Assembly: GCA_030141605.1 (NCBI GenBank)
Contig: JAQGDQ010001406.1
Coordinates: forward strand, 1-42,362
Source: Tubiluchus corallicola
Taxonomy: Eukaryota > Animalia > Priapulida
Direction of reading: 5' to 3'
Length of the DNA: 42,362 nucleotides
Shown here: piece by piece, positions 25,848-37,985 of the stretch
Layout: every line of letters starts with the position of its first letter
Position numbering within the stretch: position 1 is the first letter of the stretch
The notes under the pieces: generated by a model
What the model was told of the DNA's origin: nothing
Seen by the model: the letters and a program-made list of their open reading frames with translations, nothing else
The model's database searches: none
Program-made: the position numbers and the translations under genes

Positions 25848-26656
25848 TATTATCATTAATTTTTATTTCAGTCCAACTGACCACAAGAATTTTATTTAAT
25901 CCTAATATTTTAATATCACTGCTGTGTAAAAATAAACACAACGTGTTGTTATCATGTAAAAACAAAAGCTAATGAACAACAGTTAAAGTTCTTGTTGATA
26001 TTAAAAGTCTTACTGATTTTTAATAACAGACTAAAACACGACAATGTTAAAAATGTTCATATATGTTTGGTCAATAATTCTACAGCTAATATGTTATAGT
26101 CTCTGTGTAAAGGTGTTCACATTTTTTATCAAGGCTGATAAAATGAAGCTGTCACTAAAAATTGTCACACTAGCGTTATCGTTATGCTTCAGTGAGTTTC
26201 TCTGTGTTTACAAATTCATTGATTCTTCTAGCAGAATCAAGTTCCTTTATCGGACTTGTTTTACAAGAAAAGACTTTTTGTTACCAACCCCCACACTTTT
26301 GCAACTTGTATTACTGACGATGTTTTCAATTAATGCCAAAAGAATTTTCACAATTTGCTGTAGACCAGTCTACTTTTGCGCAATGATTGTTTTCTATTAG
26401 AATATACTATAATGGACCTGTAACTTTCGAGGGTAGTAAAATATATCGCTTCTGCAGAATTTGGTGAAAACATGTGAATGAGCGCAACGACAACGTTTCT
26501 ATCAGCTGACAACCTATCCAACCCAAGGTCAAATACTGTAAAGCTCCATGGCATTTCCTGCAAGATACAAAAAAGTTAAAAAATTTCGCCAAGTTGTTCA
26601 CGGGGAGGCAACTATAAAACAAGTTTAACTTGATTTTCATCATATTCCCCATTTAA
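25848..26656. mobile_element. Dispersed repeat copy A (inverted relative to 33792-34734); possible Kolobok-like DNA transposon end
   Basis: Mirrored ORFs MLKMFIYVWSIILQL at 26044(+) and 34544(-). Ends ...TGATTTTCATCATATTCCCCATTTAA. Confidence 0.65.
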
Positions 26657-26755
26657 ACAATTTTATCTGCAAAATGAATAAAAGTAAACGCAAGACGAAA
26701 ACATGACAAAAAGGATACATTGAGTTACATGTAATCAACTGGTACAATTATTGAC

Positions 26756-26825
26756 AAGAGAGAGGGGGCGACAGAGGAATGAGAGAAAGAGAGAGAGAAA
26801 AAGAGGGTGAGGGAGAGATAGAGAA
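26756..26825. repeat. (GA)n-rich purine tract
   Basis: agagagaggggg...gagagagaaa...gggagagatagag. Confidence 0.7.
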
Positions 26826-26842
26826 ATAAAAATATATTACTA

Positions 26843-29800
26843 TTGAACTTTTCTGAATTAACGATTATACGAGCCTTCAGGTCACTAGCACCACTACTGA
26901 ACTTTACTGAATTAACGATTATACGAGCCTTCAGGTCACTAGCAATACTTCTGAACTTTACTGAATTAACGAGTATACGATCCTTCAGGTCACTAGCAAC
27001 ACTTCTGAACTTTACTGAATTAATGATTATACGATTCTTCGGGTCACTAGCAATACTTCTGAACTTTACTGAATTAACGATTATACGGTCCTTCAGGTCA
27101 CTTCTGAACTTTACTGAATTAACGATTATACGAGCATTCAGGTCACTAGCAATACTTCTGAACTTTACTGAATTAACGATTATACGGTTCTTCAGGTCAC
27201 TAGCAATACTTCTGAACTTTACTGAATTAACGATTATACGATTCTTCAGGTCACTAGCAATACTTCTGAACTTTACTGAATTAACGATTATACGATTCTT
27301 CAGGTCACTAGCAATACTTCTGAGCTTTACTGAATTAACGATTATACGATTCTTCAGGTCACTAGCAATACTTCTGAACTTTACTGAATTAACGATTATA
27401 CGAGCCTTCAGGTCACTAGCAATACTTAACTTTACTGAATTAACGATTATACGGTCCTTCAGGTCACTAGCAATACTTCTGAGATTTACTGAATTAACGA
27501 TTATACGGTCCTTCAGGTCACTAGCAATACTTCTGAACTTTACTGAATTAACGATTATACGAGCCTTCAGGTCACTAGCAATACTTCTGAACTTTACTGA
27601 ATTAACGATTATACGAGCCTTCAGGTCACTAGCAATACTTCTGAACTTTACTGAATTAACGATTATACGAGCCTTCAGGTCACTAGCAATACTTCTGAAT
27701 TTATGAATAACGATTATACGATCCTTCAGGTCACTAGCAATACTTCTGAACTTTACTGAATTAACGATTATACGATCCTTCAGGTCACTAGCAATACTTC
27801 TGAACTTTACTGAATTAACGATTATACGATCCTTCAGGTCACTAGCAATACTTCTGAACTTTACTGAATTAACGATTATACGATCCTTCAGGTCACTAGC
27901 AATACTTCTGAGCTTTACTGAATTAACGAGTATACGATCCTTCAGGCCACTAGCAATACTTTAGAACTTTACTGAATTAACGATTATACGATCCTTCAGG
28001 TCACTAGCAATACTTCTGAACTTTACTGAATTAACGATTATACGATCCTTCAGGTCACTAGCAATACTTCTGAACTTTACTGAAATAACGATTATACGAT
28101 TCTTCAGGTCACTAGCAATACTTCTGAACTTTACTGAATTAACGATTATACGAGCCTTCATGTCACTAGCAATACTTCTGAACTTTACTGAATTAACGAG
28201 TATACGATCCTTCAGGTCACTAGCAACACTTCTGAACTTTACTGAATTAATGATTATACGATTCTTCGGGTCACTAGCAATACTTCTGAACTTTACTGAA
28301 TTAACGATTATACGGTCCTTCAGGTCACTTCTGAACTTTACTGAATTAACGATTATACGAGCATTCACGTCACTAGCAATACTTCTGAACTTTACTGAAT
28401 TAACGATTATACGGTCCTTCATGTCACAAGCAATACTTCTGAACTTTACTGAATTAACGATTATACGATCCTTCAGGTCACTAGCAATACTTCTGAGCTT
28501 TACTGAATTAACGATTATACGGTCCTTCAGGTCACTAGCAATACTTCTGAACTTTACTGAATTAACGATTATACGAGCCTTCAGGTCACTAGCAACACTT
28601 AACTTTACTGAATTAACGATTATACGGTCCTTCAGGTCACTAGCAATACTTCTGAACTTTACTGAATTAACGATTATACGAGCCTTCAGGTCACTAGCAA
28701 TACTTCTGAACTTTACTGAATTAACGATTATACGAGCCTTCAGGTCACTAGCAATACTTCTGAACTTTACTGAATTAACGATTATACGATCCTTCAGGTC
28801 ACTAGCAATACTTCTGAGCTTTACTGAATTAACGATTATACGATCCTTCAGGTCACTAGCAATACTTCTGAACTTTACTGAATTAACGATTATACGAGCC
28901 TTCAGGTCACTAGCAATACTTCTGAACTTTACTGAATTAACGATTATACGATTCTTCAGGTCACTAGCAATACTTCTGAACTTTACTGAATTAACGATTA
29001 TACGATCCTTCAGGTCACTAGCAATACTTCTGAACTTTACTGAATTAACGATTATACGATCCTTCAGGTCACTAGCAATACTTCTGAGCTTTACTGAATT
29101 AACGATTATACGATCCTTCAGGTCACTAGCAATACTTTAGAACTTTACTGAATTAACGATTATACGATCCTTCAGGTCACTAGCAATACTTTAGAACTTT
29201 ACTGAATTAACGATTATACGGTCCTTCATGTCACTAGCAATACTTCTGAACTTTACTGAATTAACGATTATACGATCCTTCAGGTCACTAGCAATACTTC
29301 TGAACTTTACTGAATTAACGATTATACGATCCTTCAGGTCACTAGCAATACTTCTGAGCTTTACTGAATTAACGATTATACGATCCTTCAGGTCACTAGC
29401 AATACTTCTGAGCTTTACTGAATTAACGATTATACGATCCTTCAGGTCACTAGCAATACTTTAGAACTTTACTGAATTAACGATTATACGATCCTTCAGG
29501 TCACTAGCAATACTTTAGAACTTTACTGAATTAACGATTATACGATCCTTCAGGTCACTAGCAATACTTTAGAACTTTACTGAATTAACGATTATACGAT
29601 CCTTCAGGTCACTAGCAATACTTTAGAACTTTACTGAATTAACGATTATACGATCCTTCAGGTCACTAGCAATACTTTAGAACTTTACTGAATTAACGAT
29701 TATACGATCCTTCAGGTCACTAGCAATACTTCTGAGCTTTACTGAATTAACGATTATACGGTCCTTCAGTTCACTAGCAATACTTCTGAGCTTTACTGAT

Positions 29801-30478
29801 TAACGATTATACAAGCCTTCAGGTCACTAGCAATACTTCTGAACTTTACTGAATTAACGATTAGACGAGCCTTCAGGTCACTAGCAATACTTCTGAACTT
29901 TACTGAAATAACGATTATACGATTCTTCAGGTCACTAGCAATACTTCAGAACTTTACTGAATTAACGAGTATACTATCCGATCCTTCAGGTCACTAGCAA
30001 TACTTCTGAACTTTACTGAATTAACGATTATACGATCCTTCAGGTCACTAGCAATACTTTAGAACTTTACTGAATTAACGATTATACGATCCTTCAGGTC
30101 ACTAGCAATACTTTAGAACTTTACTGAATTAACGATTATACGATCCTTCAGGTCACTAGCAATACTTCTGAACTTTACTGAATTAACGATTATACGATCC
30201 TTCAGGTCACTAGCAATACTTCTGAGCTTTACTGAATTAACGAGTATACGATCCTTCAGGCCACTAGCAATACTTCTGAACTTTACTGAATTAACGATTA
30301 TACGATTCTTCAGGTTACTAGCAGCACTACTGAACTTTACTGAATTAACGAGTATGCGATTCTTCAGGTTACTAGCAGCAACACTTCTGAACTTTACTGA
30401 ATTAACGATTATACGATTCGTCAGGTTACTAGCAGCAACACTTCTGAACTTTAGTGAATTAACGAGTATGCGATTCTT
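26843..30478. repeat. 54-bp satellite, about 67 copies
   Basis: Unit CTGAACTTTACTGAATTAACGATTATACGATCCTTCAGGTCACTAGCAATACTT. Translates as an 18-aa repeat. Confidence 0.97.
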
Positions 30479-30589
30479 TCACATTGTCGTCATGCTTGTA
30501 TTGTCATTTGACATAGACAAGTTTCTCATGATCATGTTGGTAACACTCACCTTCGACCATTACCAGCTCCAGCACTGGTCCATTACAGT

Positions 30590-31400
30590 TAGACAAAAAT
30601 GAAAGGTTAGAAATTGGACAACAATAATTTTTAAATACATTGGGAGTCTATGTTAAGCTTTTTCAAAGTGGGCTTCACTACAGCATATTTTAAAGTTTCT
30701 TGAAAAATTCTATTCAGCAAGGAACTGTTTACAATAGTAATAGCTGAATTTATTGCACAAGGAATGCATTTCTTTAACAACCAGGTAAGGTCTTTATCAA
30801 AAATGCATTACGTAGAATTAGAACCCATTATAATTTTCTGCTCATCATCAGTTGTAACAAAACGAAAGTTACTAAACATGCAAGAAGCCTGCATAACTGG
30901 CTTGTCATCGAAATGGTGGAGAATTTCATCTTGTTTAGTCTGCTTAACATCACAATAATGTTAACTTTGTCTGTGAAAAAATTGCAAAAGTTTTCAGCCA
31001 GATCTGGACTAGATGAAGTATCTGGTAATATTGAGTTTCTCATACCCCTAAAGTACTAATTACATCTGAGAGTTACCTAGAATTCGACTTGTGTCAAGAA
31101 ATCAATTAAGAAACACGTTACATGCTTCACGAGCTAACTTGTTGATCTTGTCCGTCTGGTTAATAGAAAGATCCAAATGGATCCCTATGTTATATTTGAT
31201 GCTCGCCGTAGATTTTCCAGTGTTCTACGATCCTGATTTTGCCTCACTGATCTCATCGTTGTATTATGGGGAGGAAGGGTGAATCACTATAGACATTGGT
31301 TGTAACGGTGCTTGATCGTTAATTATGCGACCCATTACAGCATCGAATATGTCATCCATGTCAGACTCGCTGTACCGCACGCTGCCAACCATAAAGACTT
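30590..31400 (-). mobile_element. L2-type LINE ORF2 fragment (EN-RT linker to RT start)
   Basis: DQAPL..PSSP*YNDEISEAK / LPDTSSSPDLAENFCNFFTDKV / TWLLKKC..IVNSSL..LKYAVVKPTLKK / PISNLSFLS. Confidence 0.8.
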
Positions 31401-31444
31401 AAAAAAAGCTGTACCAAAATCATGTGAGTTTATGACACCATCGA

Positions 31445-31549
31445 TTCTGCGCCAATAACAAAACCATGTTTGTCTTCTATCTTTTCTCTGTACATATCTA
31501 AAGCTTCCTCTACGACTTGCATTGCGTGAAACTGAAATGTTCTTTCCTT
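31445..31549 (-). pseudogene. Short duplicated fragment of the DUF268 gene (copy of about 32528-32640)
   Basis: Near-identical GCCAATAACAAAACCATGTTT...TACATATCTAAAGCTTCCTCTACGACTTGCATTGCGTGAA..ACTGAAATGTTCTTTCCTT, with a small deletion. Confidence 0.85.
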
Positions 31550-32089
31550 GTGTCTTTATTTACATTATGCACATTATGGACGTTATTGTCTTCTTACTCA
31601 ACGATAGCTGTTGAGATTTAACTAACAAAATCATGTACACAAAGCTGAGATTCCAGGGCACAGGATCCCACTCTTCTAGTGAATGTGCAATCAGGTTCTT
31701 CCACAAGTGAAGCATAGCACTTGTCAGCTCTGGTGAATCCTGGTTTGCCTCTTTCTTGCATCTATCCATCAGTCTGCGTAGGCCACACAACATACGCGAT
31801 CTAAGAAATTAAACTGAGTTACCTTTTATTTTTTTAGAATAGCATGATTATCATTAAGTCAGCATGCAGAAATCTGATTGCACCCATTATCGTTTATTTT
31901 TTTGTATCTGATTTTCATATGAACATTTTTATGCATAATTTGTATAAGGTGTAATGTAATATGTAAAATAATATATAATTTTTTAAAAGCTAACATTGTG
32001 TGCCAACACCGGAGCTAGTATATTTGGATGAACATTAACACTATGTTATAACTCTTATTTTAGAAATGGTATTGCTCTTTTAAATAGCG

Positions 32090-33370
32090 CTACTTTTTCA
32101 TTATTCTCAGAATTTTTCTTTTCCTGTGTAAAATTGTTGAAACGTTCCAGTTTGCGGTGAGATGTTTTAATCGTTCAGTTCCATAGACTCTGTGCGCATT
32201 CCATGCTACGTAGCTTCTACCACGATCAGTTTCTACATTTAGAAAGAAATAACCTCCTGGTTTAATTAAGCACCAGGCCTGAGCCATGGTCTCCAAATCA
32301 CCACTTGGATTCAATGCGTCGCCATAGCGTCCAAGTCCACTGTGTTCTATTGAAGAATAGCTGATTCCAAAATCAAATAATGGTCTCGGATGTTGAAGAT
32401 ATTGCTTTGATAGGATTTTAGGCAAAATTGTTGATATTTTACTGTGATATGACACAAGATCACTGTAATCCATTGTTGTGATGTGATCAACGTTTCTATT
32501 AAGCAGTAGAGCTTCGATCCATGGATATTCTGTGCCAATAACAAAACCATGTTTACCTTCTATCATTTCTCTGTACATATCTAAAGCTTCCTCTACGACT
32601 TGCATTGCGTGAATGCCATAAACTGAAATGTTCTTTCCTTCTGATGCAGTTTTTTGCAACTGTGACATTATCTCCGGTGTAAACAATTCTTTTCTAGTTT
32701 TTGCATAGTTGGAAGCAAAGTACCATCGTTGTTGTAAAACTAATGGCATTTTTCCATACATTGTAAATTCATCAAATAATTCACTTGGTGGCGCACGTGG
32801 AGGAGGCCATTGCTCAGCTGGTTCCTCTAAATACAAACGCTGCATAAGAGAAAGACAGTCAAACTGTTTATGTAATACTGGATAGTCCAAGCCAGGCGAC
32901 TGTTGAAAATGTTGACTGTTGATATCACATACTTGTCCACAGTAAATATCACTTTTGTTTATTTCACTAAAGCATGGCAACAAAAAGTTTTTTGCGGCTT
33001 TGCTATAATTAAAAGAATTTTTTTTATTGAAGTGAATGTTACCGTGGCTAAACAGCAAAATACTTCGTTGTGCAATAAGAAATAAAACAGCAAGAACTAA
33101 TCCGCTGTAAAAGTATGCTCTTCTCTTATGATATCTGAAAGAAAAAATAACAGATATGACTCCTATCCTCGTCGTTCAAATTAGTGGTGTAACTCGTATT
33201 AGTTGTTATTACACGCTCATAAACTAAGATTGTTCCACCGTCGAAAAGTAAGATTTTGACCTGAACGCTCGCATCTTTTCTTAAAGCACCCTGTTATAAT
33301 AGCTGACATTCTAACGTGTAAGCAACATTCAATAAATAAAACATTTTAAGTTTCCTTACCTGAATGCCAT
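32090..33370 (-). CDS. DUF268-family SAM-methyltransferase-like type II membrane protein, about 351 aa; exons 33370-33360 and 33134-32090
   Basis: Motifs GTEYPWIEALLL, FDFGISYSSIEHSGLGRYGDALNPSGDL, CLIKPGG, WNAHRVYG. The splice ATGGCATTCAG|gtaagg...tttctttcag|ATAT restores MAFRYHKRRAYFYSGLVLAVLFLIAQRSILL (basic tail plus TM) in frame. Confidence 0.9.
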
Positions 33371-33419
33371 ATTATGAATGAACGAGCTTTCGTCACTTGT
33401 ATGAATATTATCATTCATT

Positions 33420-33740
33420 ATCATTCCTTGTATAAACTACACTGGCTGCCAACAGAATAAGGGATCAAATGTAACTATTCGTCAATTACGTTTACGTGAC
33501 TTAGTGGAAACGCACCATTGTACTTATTAGACATACTTTCAATTCAGGAAAAATATCAAGCGTAGCATCAGTTTAACAGATAACACTTCACTTTTCTATC
33601 CAAGACTTCGAAAACTTTTGGTAGGCATTTGCGCATTTTTATTGCGGCACCGACGCTCTGGAATGATATAACAAAAGAAATTCGTTCTTTAAATTCTACG
33701 ATAAAATTCAAGAAAGCTGTCAAAACAAACTTGTGTCTCG
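33420..33740 (+). mobile_element. L2-type LINE ORF2 3' fragment
   Basis: LYKLHWLP / GNAPLYL / FIAAPTLWNDITKEIRSLNSTIKFKKAVKTNL. Confidence 0.75.
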
Positions 33741-33791
33741 AAGATTCTAGTGAATCGTTTCGGACTATCCCTCTGTTTATTTTTTTGCGCT

Positions 33792-34734
33792 TTAAAGGGG
33801 AAATATCATGAAAATCAGGCTAAACTTATTTTACAGTTGCCTTCCCCGTGAACAACTTGGCGAATTTTTTTGAGCAGCACGTTGTCTAATTAATGAGTAA
33901 TTAACTTTTTTGCATCTGGCGGGAAATGCCATGGAGCTGCACATGCGTCCCTCCAGGTGAAAAAAATTGAACAAGACCAGCTCTGTTGGTGACGTAGCAG
34001 ACAGTGTAAAGGCAGCTTGTTGTGATACTGTGGTACATAACTATGGTAAAATAAAGCTGTTATTACTACATTACAGCAGTTGACCTTGGGCCGGATAGGT
34101 AATCAGCTGATATAGACGATTGTCCTTGCACACGTTCACATATTTTCACCAATTTCTGCAAAACCGTCGAAAGTTGCAGGTCCATTATAGTATGTTCTAA
34201 TAGATGTGTAAACAATCCTTGTGCAAAAGTAGACTGGCCTACAGCAAATTGTGAAAATTCTTTTGGCATAAATTGAAAACATCGTCAGTAATACAAGTTG
34301 AAAAAGCGTGGGCCTTGGTTCTTTTCTTGTAAACCAAGTCCGATAACTTCATTCTGCTAGAACAATTAATGAATTTGTAAACGCAGAGAAACTCACCGAA
34401 GCACGACGATAACGCTAGTGTGACAATTTTTAGTGACAGCTTCATTTTATCAGCCTTGATTAAAAATGTGAACACCTTTACACAGAGACTATAACATGTT
34501 AGCTGTAGAATTATTGACCAAACATATATGAACATTTTTAACATTGTCGTGTTTTAGTCTGTTAAATCTTAAGATTTTTAATATCAACCAGAACTTTAAC
34601 TGTTGTTCATTAGCTTTTGTTTTTACATGATAACAACGTGTTGTGTTTATTTTTATACCGCTATATTATTAAAATATCATGTTTAACTAAAATTCTTGAG
34701 GTCAGTTGGACTGAAATGAAAATTAATGATAATA
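33792..34734. mobile_element. Dispersed repeat copy B; begins TTAA-AGGGGAAATATCATGAAAATC (Kolobok-like terminus)
   Basis: Reverse-complement match to 25848-26656 with an extra ~130 bp at about 33940-34070. Confidence 0.65.
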
Positions 34735-36175
34735 ACCACTTTTATAAAATAAAAAAACTAATGATATAATATGGTTCGATGACAAAATATTTTTTTATTG
34801 TGTTGTTTCAAGCAATAATAATCCAAACTAGTTAAATATATACATAAATGTTTGTCATGATTTCCCTGTGTGCCTATGTGTAAAGCAAAGTGGGTTTGTG
34901 TGAATTTGTAGGTGTTGTTTATTGTTGTTTAATGCTGCTGTCGGTGCATGGCTCGTGACGTATTGCCATGTCTTTATTTACAAAATTGCACATTTATTAA
35001 ATAGAATACACAAGCACAAATAGCGAGGAACACAAACTAGCCCTGAGACTCCGGATCATCTGCCCTGGTCTTCCCTGAGTTGTTGACTCCAACTCCTTTT
35101 GTTTAATATCTTCATGCGCACAGAATCAGATCTTTATTAGTAGTTAAAAATAAGAAAACTATTTTGCATTACTGTTGTAATACTACTTGCTTTTCATTTT
35201 GCTAAAAGTTTTTTTTAGATTGCGCATGAATTGTATTTTAATGACGTCACTTATGTAGCAGTAATTAAGGTGCCTTGTAATGAACTAACTTATTATATCT
35301 ACCCTACAAGATGTAACCTTATTATAATTTTATTGGTTAAAAAATTACATACTTAAATACATGTTTGCGCATTCTTCATTCATATAAAGAAAAATAGGCC
35401 CACGAAATACTGGGCTCATTCAATGACTAGTCAGTAATTACTGATTACGCAATTTTATATTTGGTGACGTTTACGGGCCTCGAGTAAATACTTTGCCTAT
35501 AGTTCAAAAGTTTTGATGAACTGCTGCATATCAATGGGCTGTAGATTACTTGTTTCTACATCAAGTACAGAAAACATTTTACAGGCTACCTCAGAGAACT
35601 GCTCTATGTAAGTTTACGTGGGCACGATTTATAACATAATCTATGCAATATTGAAATTCACTCGCGCAGCCGCTGTAATATACAGGTATATATTACCTTA
35701 GAACAAAAACTGCATGGAAAGTGAATAACCGGAAGCACCTTTGCAGTTAAAAAACTCGAAATTCAAGTACAAAAGTTGACACGCGCAAAAAGTCTTGCAA
35801 TATCGCAGGTTGTTGTTCGCTATATAGTCTTAGTGCGTCTTGTATTTGTGCTTAATATTTTACTTGGTATGGGAAACTAGCCACACGTTTACGTCGCATT
35901 TTCATTCTTTTGCGTATCTCAGTTTGAGAACTGTTTATCAGGGAGTGTGAGCACTATTTTTACGGGTTTGAATAAATGTGCAAAACTGAGTCAGAACATT
36001 GTTAATTACAGAAAACATAATAGATTCTACAGCTTCGAACTTTTGCACATAACATTAGATTATCATATATATATATATATATGTTTAGTTTTTAAAATTC
36101 GGAAAAGTGTATTAATGTGTGCGTTACATTACCCTAAGAAGATTGGAAAACAAACTGCCGAATGAACATTAATAG

Positions 36176-37159
36176 ATGGCTACCATGTTTCGTGCAACAA
36201 GTTGTAAATCTTTATTCACTCTACAGAATTTTTATAGCGTTATTAAATTCGTATCAGCCATAGTTGCAATTAGTGGAGTCATTTTCTGTCTAAATGTTGA
36301 CTGGAATCCAGTAAAACCTTTAGCACCTTACAATTCTGATGAAATCTTATTATTGCAATATGGCGGAACAACATTTGACAATAGATCACTTGTTGATCAC
36401 ATAAGAAATCACTGGTTAATTGGACCTCCTGCAGAACCATCATCTGGTGTTGTGACAGATAAATCTCTGTTCAACATGTCATCTGTGGTGGACAAAGTGC
36501 TAAAGCAAAGGAAAGGTGGATTTTTTGTGGAATGTGGTGCAGCTGATGGAACTGAATCTAATTCTCTTTTATTTGAAAGGAATCGCGGCTGGACTGGTCT
36601 TCTAATTGAACCAAACCCAAAATTATTCAAAACTTTGTTAAATATAAAACGCAATGCATATTTTATAAACGCTTGTTTAAGTCCAAATAAAAAGTCAGAT
36701 AAACAAAGTTTTACAGCGGCTGCTTTAATTGGTGGCTTGAGAAACCCGATGGATCCAAATCGAGACAAACGAATCAAGAGATGGTTTAGAGGTTTTGCAG
36801 AAATAGAAACTGTTCAATGTTTCCCACTTTACTCTATAATGCTAGCACTTGGTAAAAGTCACATTGATTATTTCTCTTTGGACATCGAAGGTGATGAGCT
36901 TTTAATATTAGAAACTATACCTTTTGATAAACTTACCATAGATATATTCACTATAGAGTATGCATCATCGAATGAGATTGACCGAGACATAGAATGGACC
37001 TTGTCAAGATTGAACAGCCTTCGGAATTTTATGGAAAAAACAGGACTTTATGAGGAAGTGGCAATTGTTCCACCTGGTGATGAGGAACGTGGACATGACG
37101 TAATATTTCTGCGTAAAGATGCTATGCGCAAATTGCACAAAGTAACATATGATAGCTAG
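36176..37159 (+). CDS. FkbM-family (Methyltransf_21) methyltransferase, Star-like type II membrane protein, 327 aa
   Basis: TM VIKFVSAIVAISGVIFCL. GFFVECGAADG..SNSLLFERNRGWTGLLIEPNP, VQCFPLYSIMLALG, IDYFSLDIEGDELLILETIPF. Intact ORF. Confidence 0.93.
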   Translation: MATMFRATSCKSLFTLQNFYSVIKFVSAIVAISGVIFCLNVDWNPVKPLAPYNSDEILLLQYGGTTFDNRSLVDHIRNHWLIGPPAEPSSGVVTDKSLFNMSSVVDKVLKQRKGGFFVECGAADGTESNSLLFERNRGWTGLLIEPNPKLFKTLLNIKRNAYFINACLSPNKKSDKQSFTAAALIGGLRNPMDPNRDKRIKRWFRGFAEIETVQCFPLYSIMLALGKSHIDYFSLDIEGDELLILETIPFDKLTIDIFTIEYASSNEIDRDIEWTLSRLNSLRNFMEKTGLYEEVAIVPPGDEERGHDVIFLRKDAMRKLHKVTYDS

Positions 37160-37649
37160 TATTGTTTTTACCAAAATTATTTTTGAGATTTTGACATCAT
37201 TTTATTCCGTTTCCACTATTATTCCCATCATCACTATTATCATCGCCATTGTCGTCGCCCTGAGCGACTGGAAAGTCGTTAACATGGTTATGCACATAAT
37301 TTGACATCTTCATCATCAATACAATGGCCATGTTGCAATATTTGGCTATTTCAAAAAGGGAAAATTTTCTGTACTATATGCCTTAATTAAGTAAGTAGGT
37401 TTACAGGAGGAGATACTTGTGTACATGTACAGCGTCTTCAATTCTTAAGCTGATACAACGCATCGTTTCTACGGCAAATTTCACACAAATGACTCAAGAG
37501 GAATTTTCAGCGTGACATTCGTCCTGGGGAATTATTCCGCCAGTTAGAAACTATTCTTTTCCCTTCCTGCTAAAATTTACCACTTGGTAGAAATGCTGCA
37601 TCTTCCTATTTTACATTAGAATTTTATTGAATATTCACTTCTGAGCTTA

Positions 37650-37985
37650 TTTTAATAACTGCGTTCTACATTCGAAGAGGAACGCTGCAAAAAATTCTCT
37701 CGAGTAATCTTGCCGGTTTCTTGGTGTGAAAGAGGCCTTAGTGTGGCAGCAAGCATTTTACAAATACATGAGACTTGTTTGGGAATAAAACTGACATACA
37801 GCAGAAATAGCAATGGTACACACGTTGTTCCTTGTGGCACTCCGCTCAGGCATAAACAGCTATAGGCATTCATCGCCTCGCACACTGCTGAAAATCTGAC
37901 AAAAACTCATTTAATCCAAGCATGTATACGACCATGTATACCATATTTAAAAAACACACAAAACCTTGCGTGTGACCACTGTCCA
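37650..37985 (-). mobile_element. CR1/L2-group reverse transcriptase fragment
   Basis: YGIHGRIHAWIK / SGVPQGTTCVPLLFLLYV..CKMLA (degenerate FADD). Confidence 0.8.

Noticed and set aside
26044-26400. ORF MLKMFIYVW... and its mirror at 34239-34544 as paralogous genes
   Set aside because: The frames diverge after indels, no domain is recognisable, and both lie within a dispersed repeat.
1-30478. Tandem arrays as CRISPR arrays or telomeres
   Set aside because: Units are head-to-tail with no unique spacers, there are no cas genes, there is no canonical telomere motif, and the context is eukaryotic.
36409-36777. 122-aa antisense ORF (also 19594-19794, 20187-20387, 32903-33085)
   Set aside because: These are shadow ORFs of real coding sequences.
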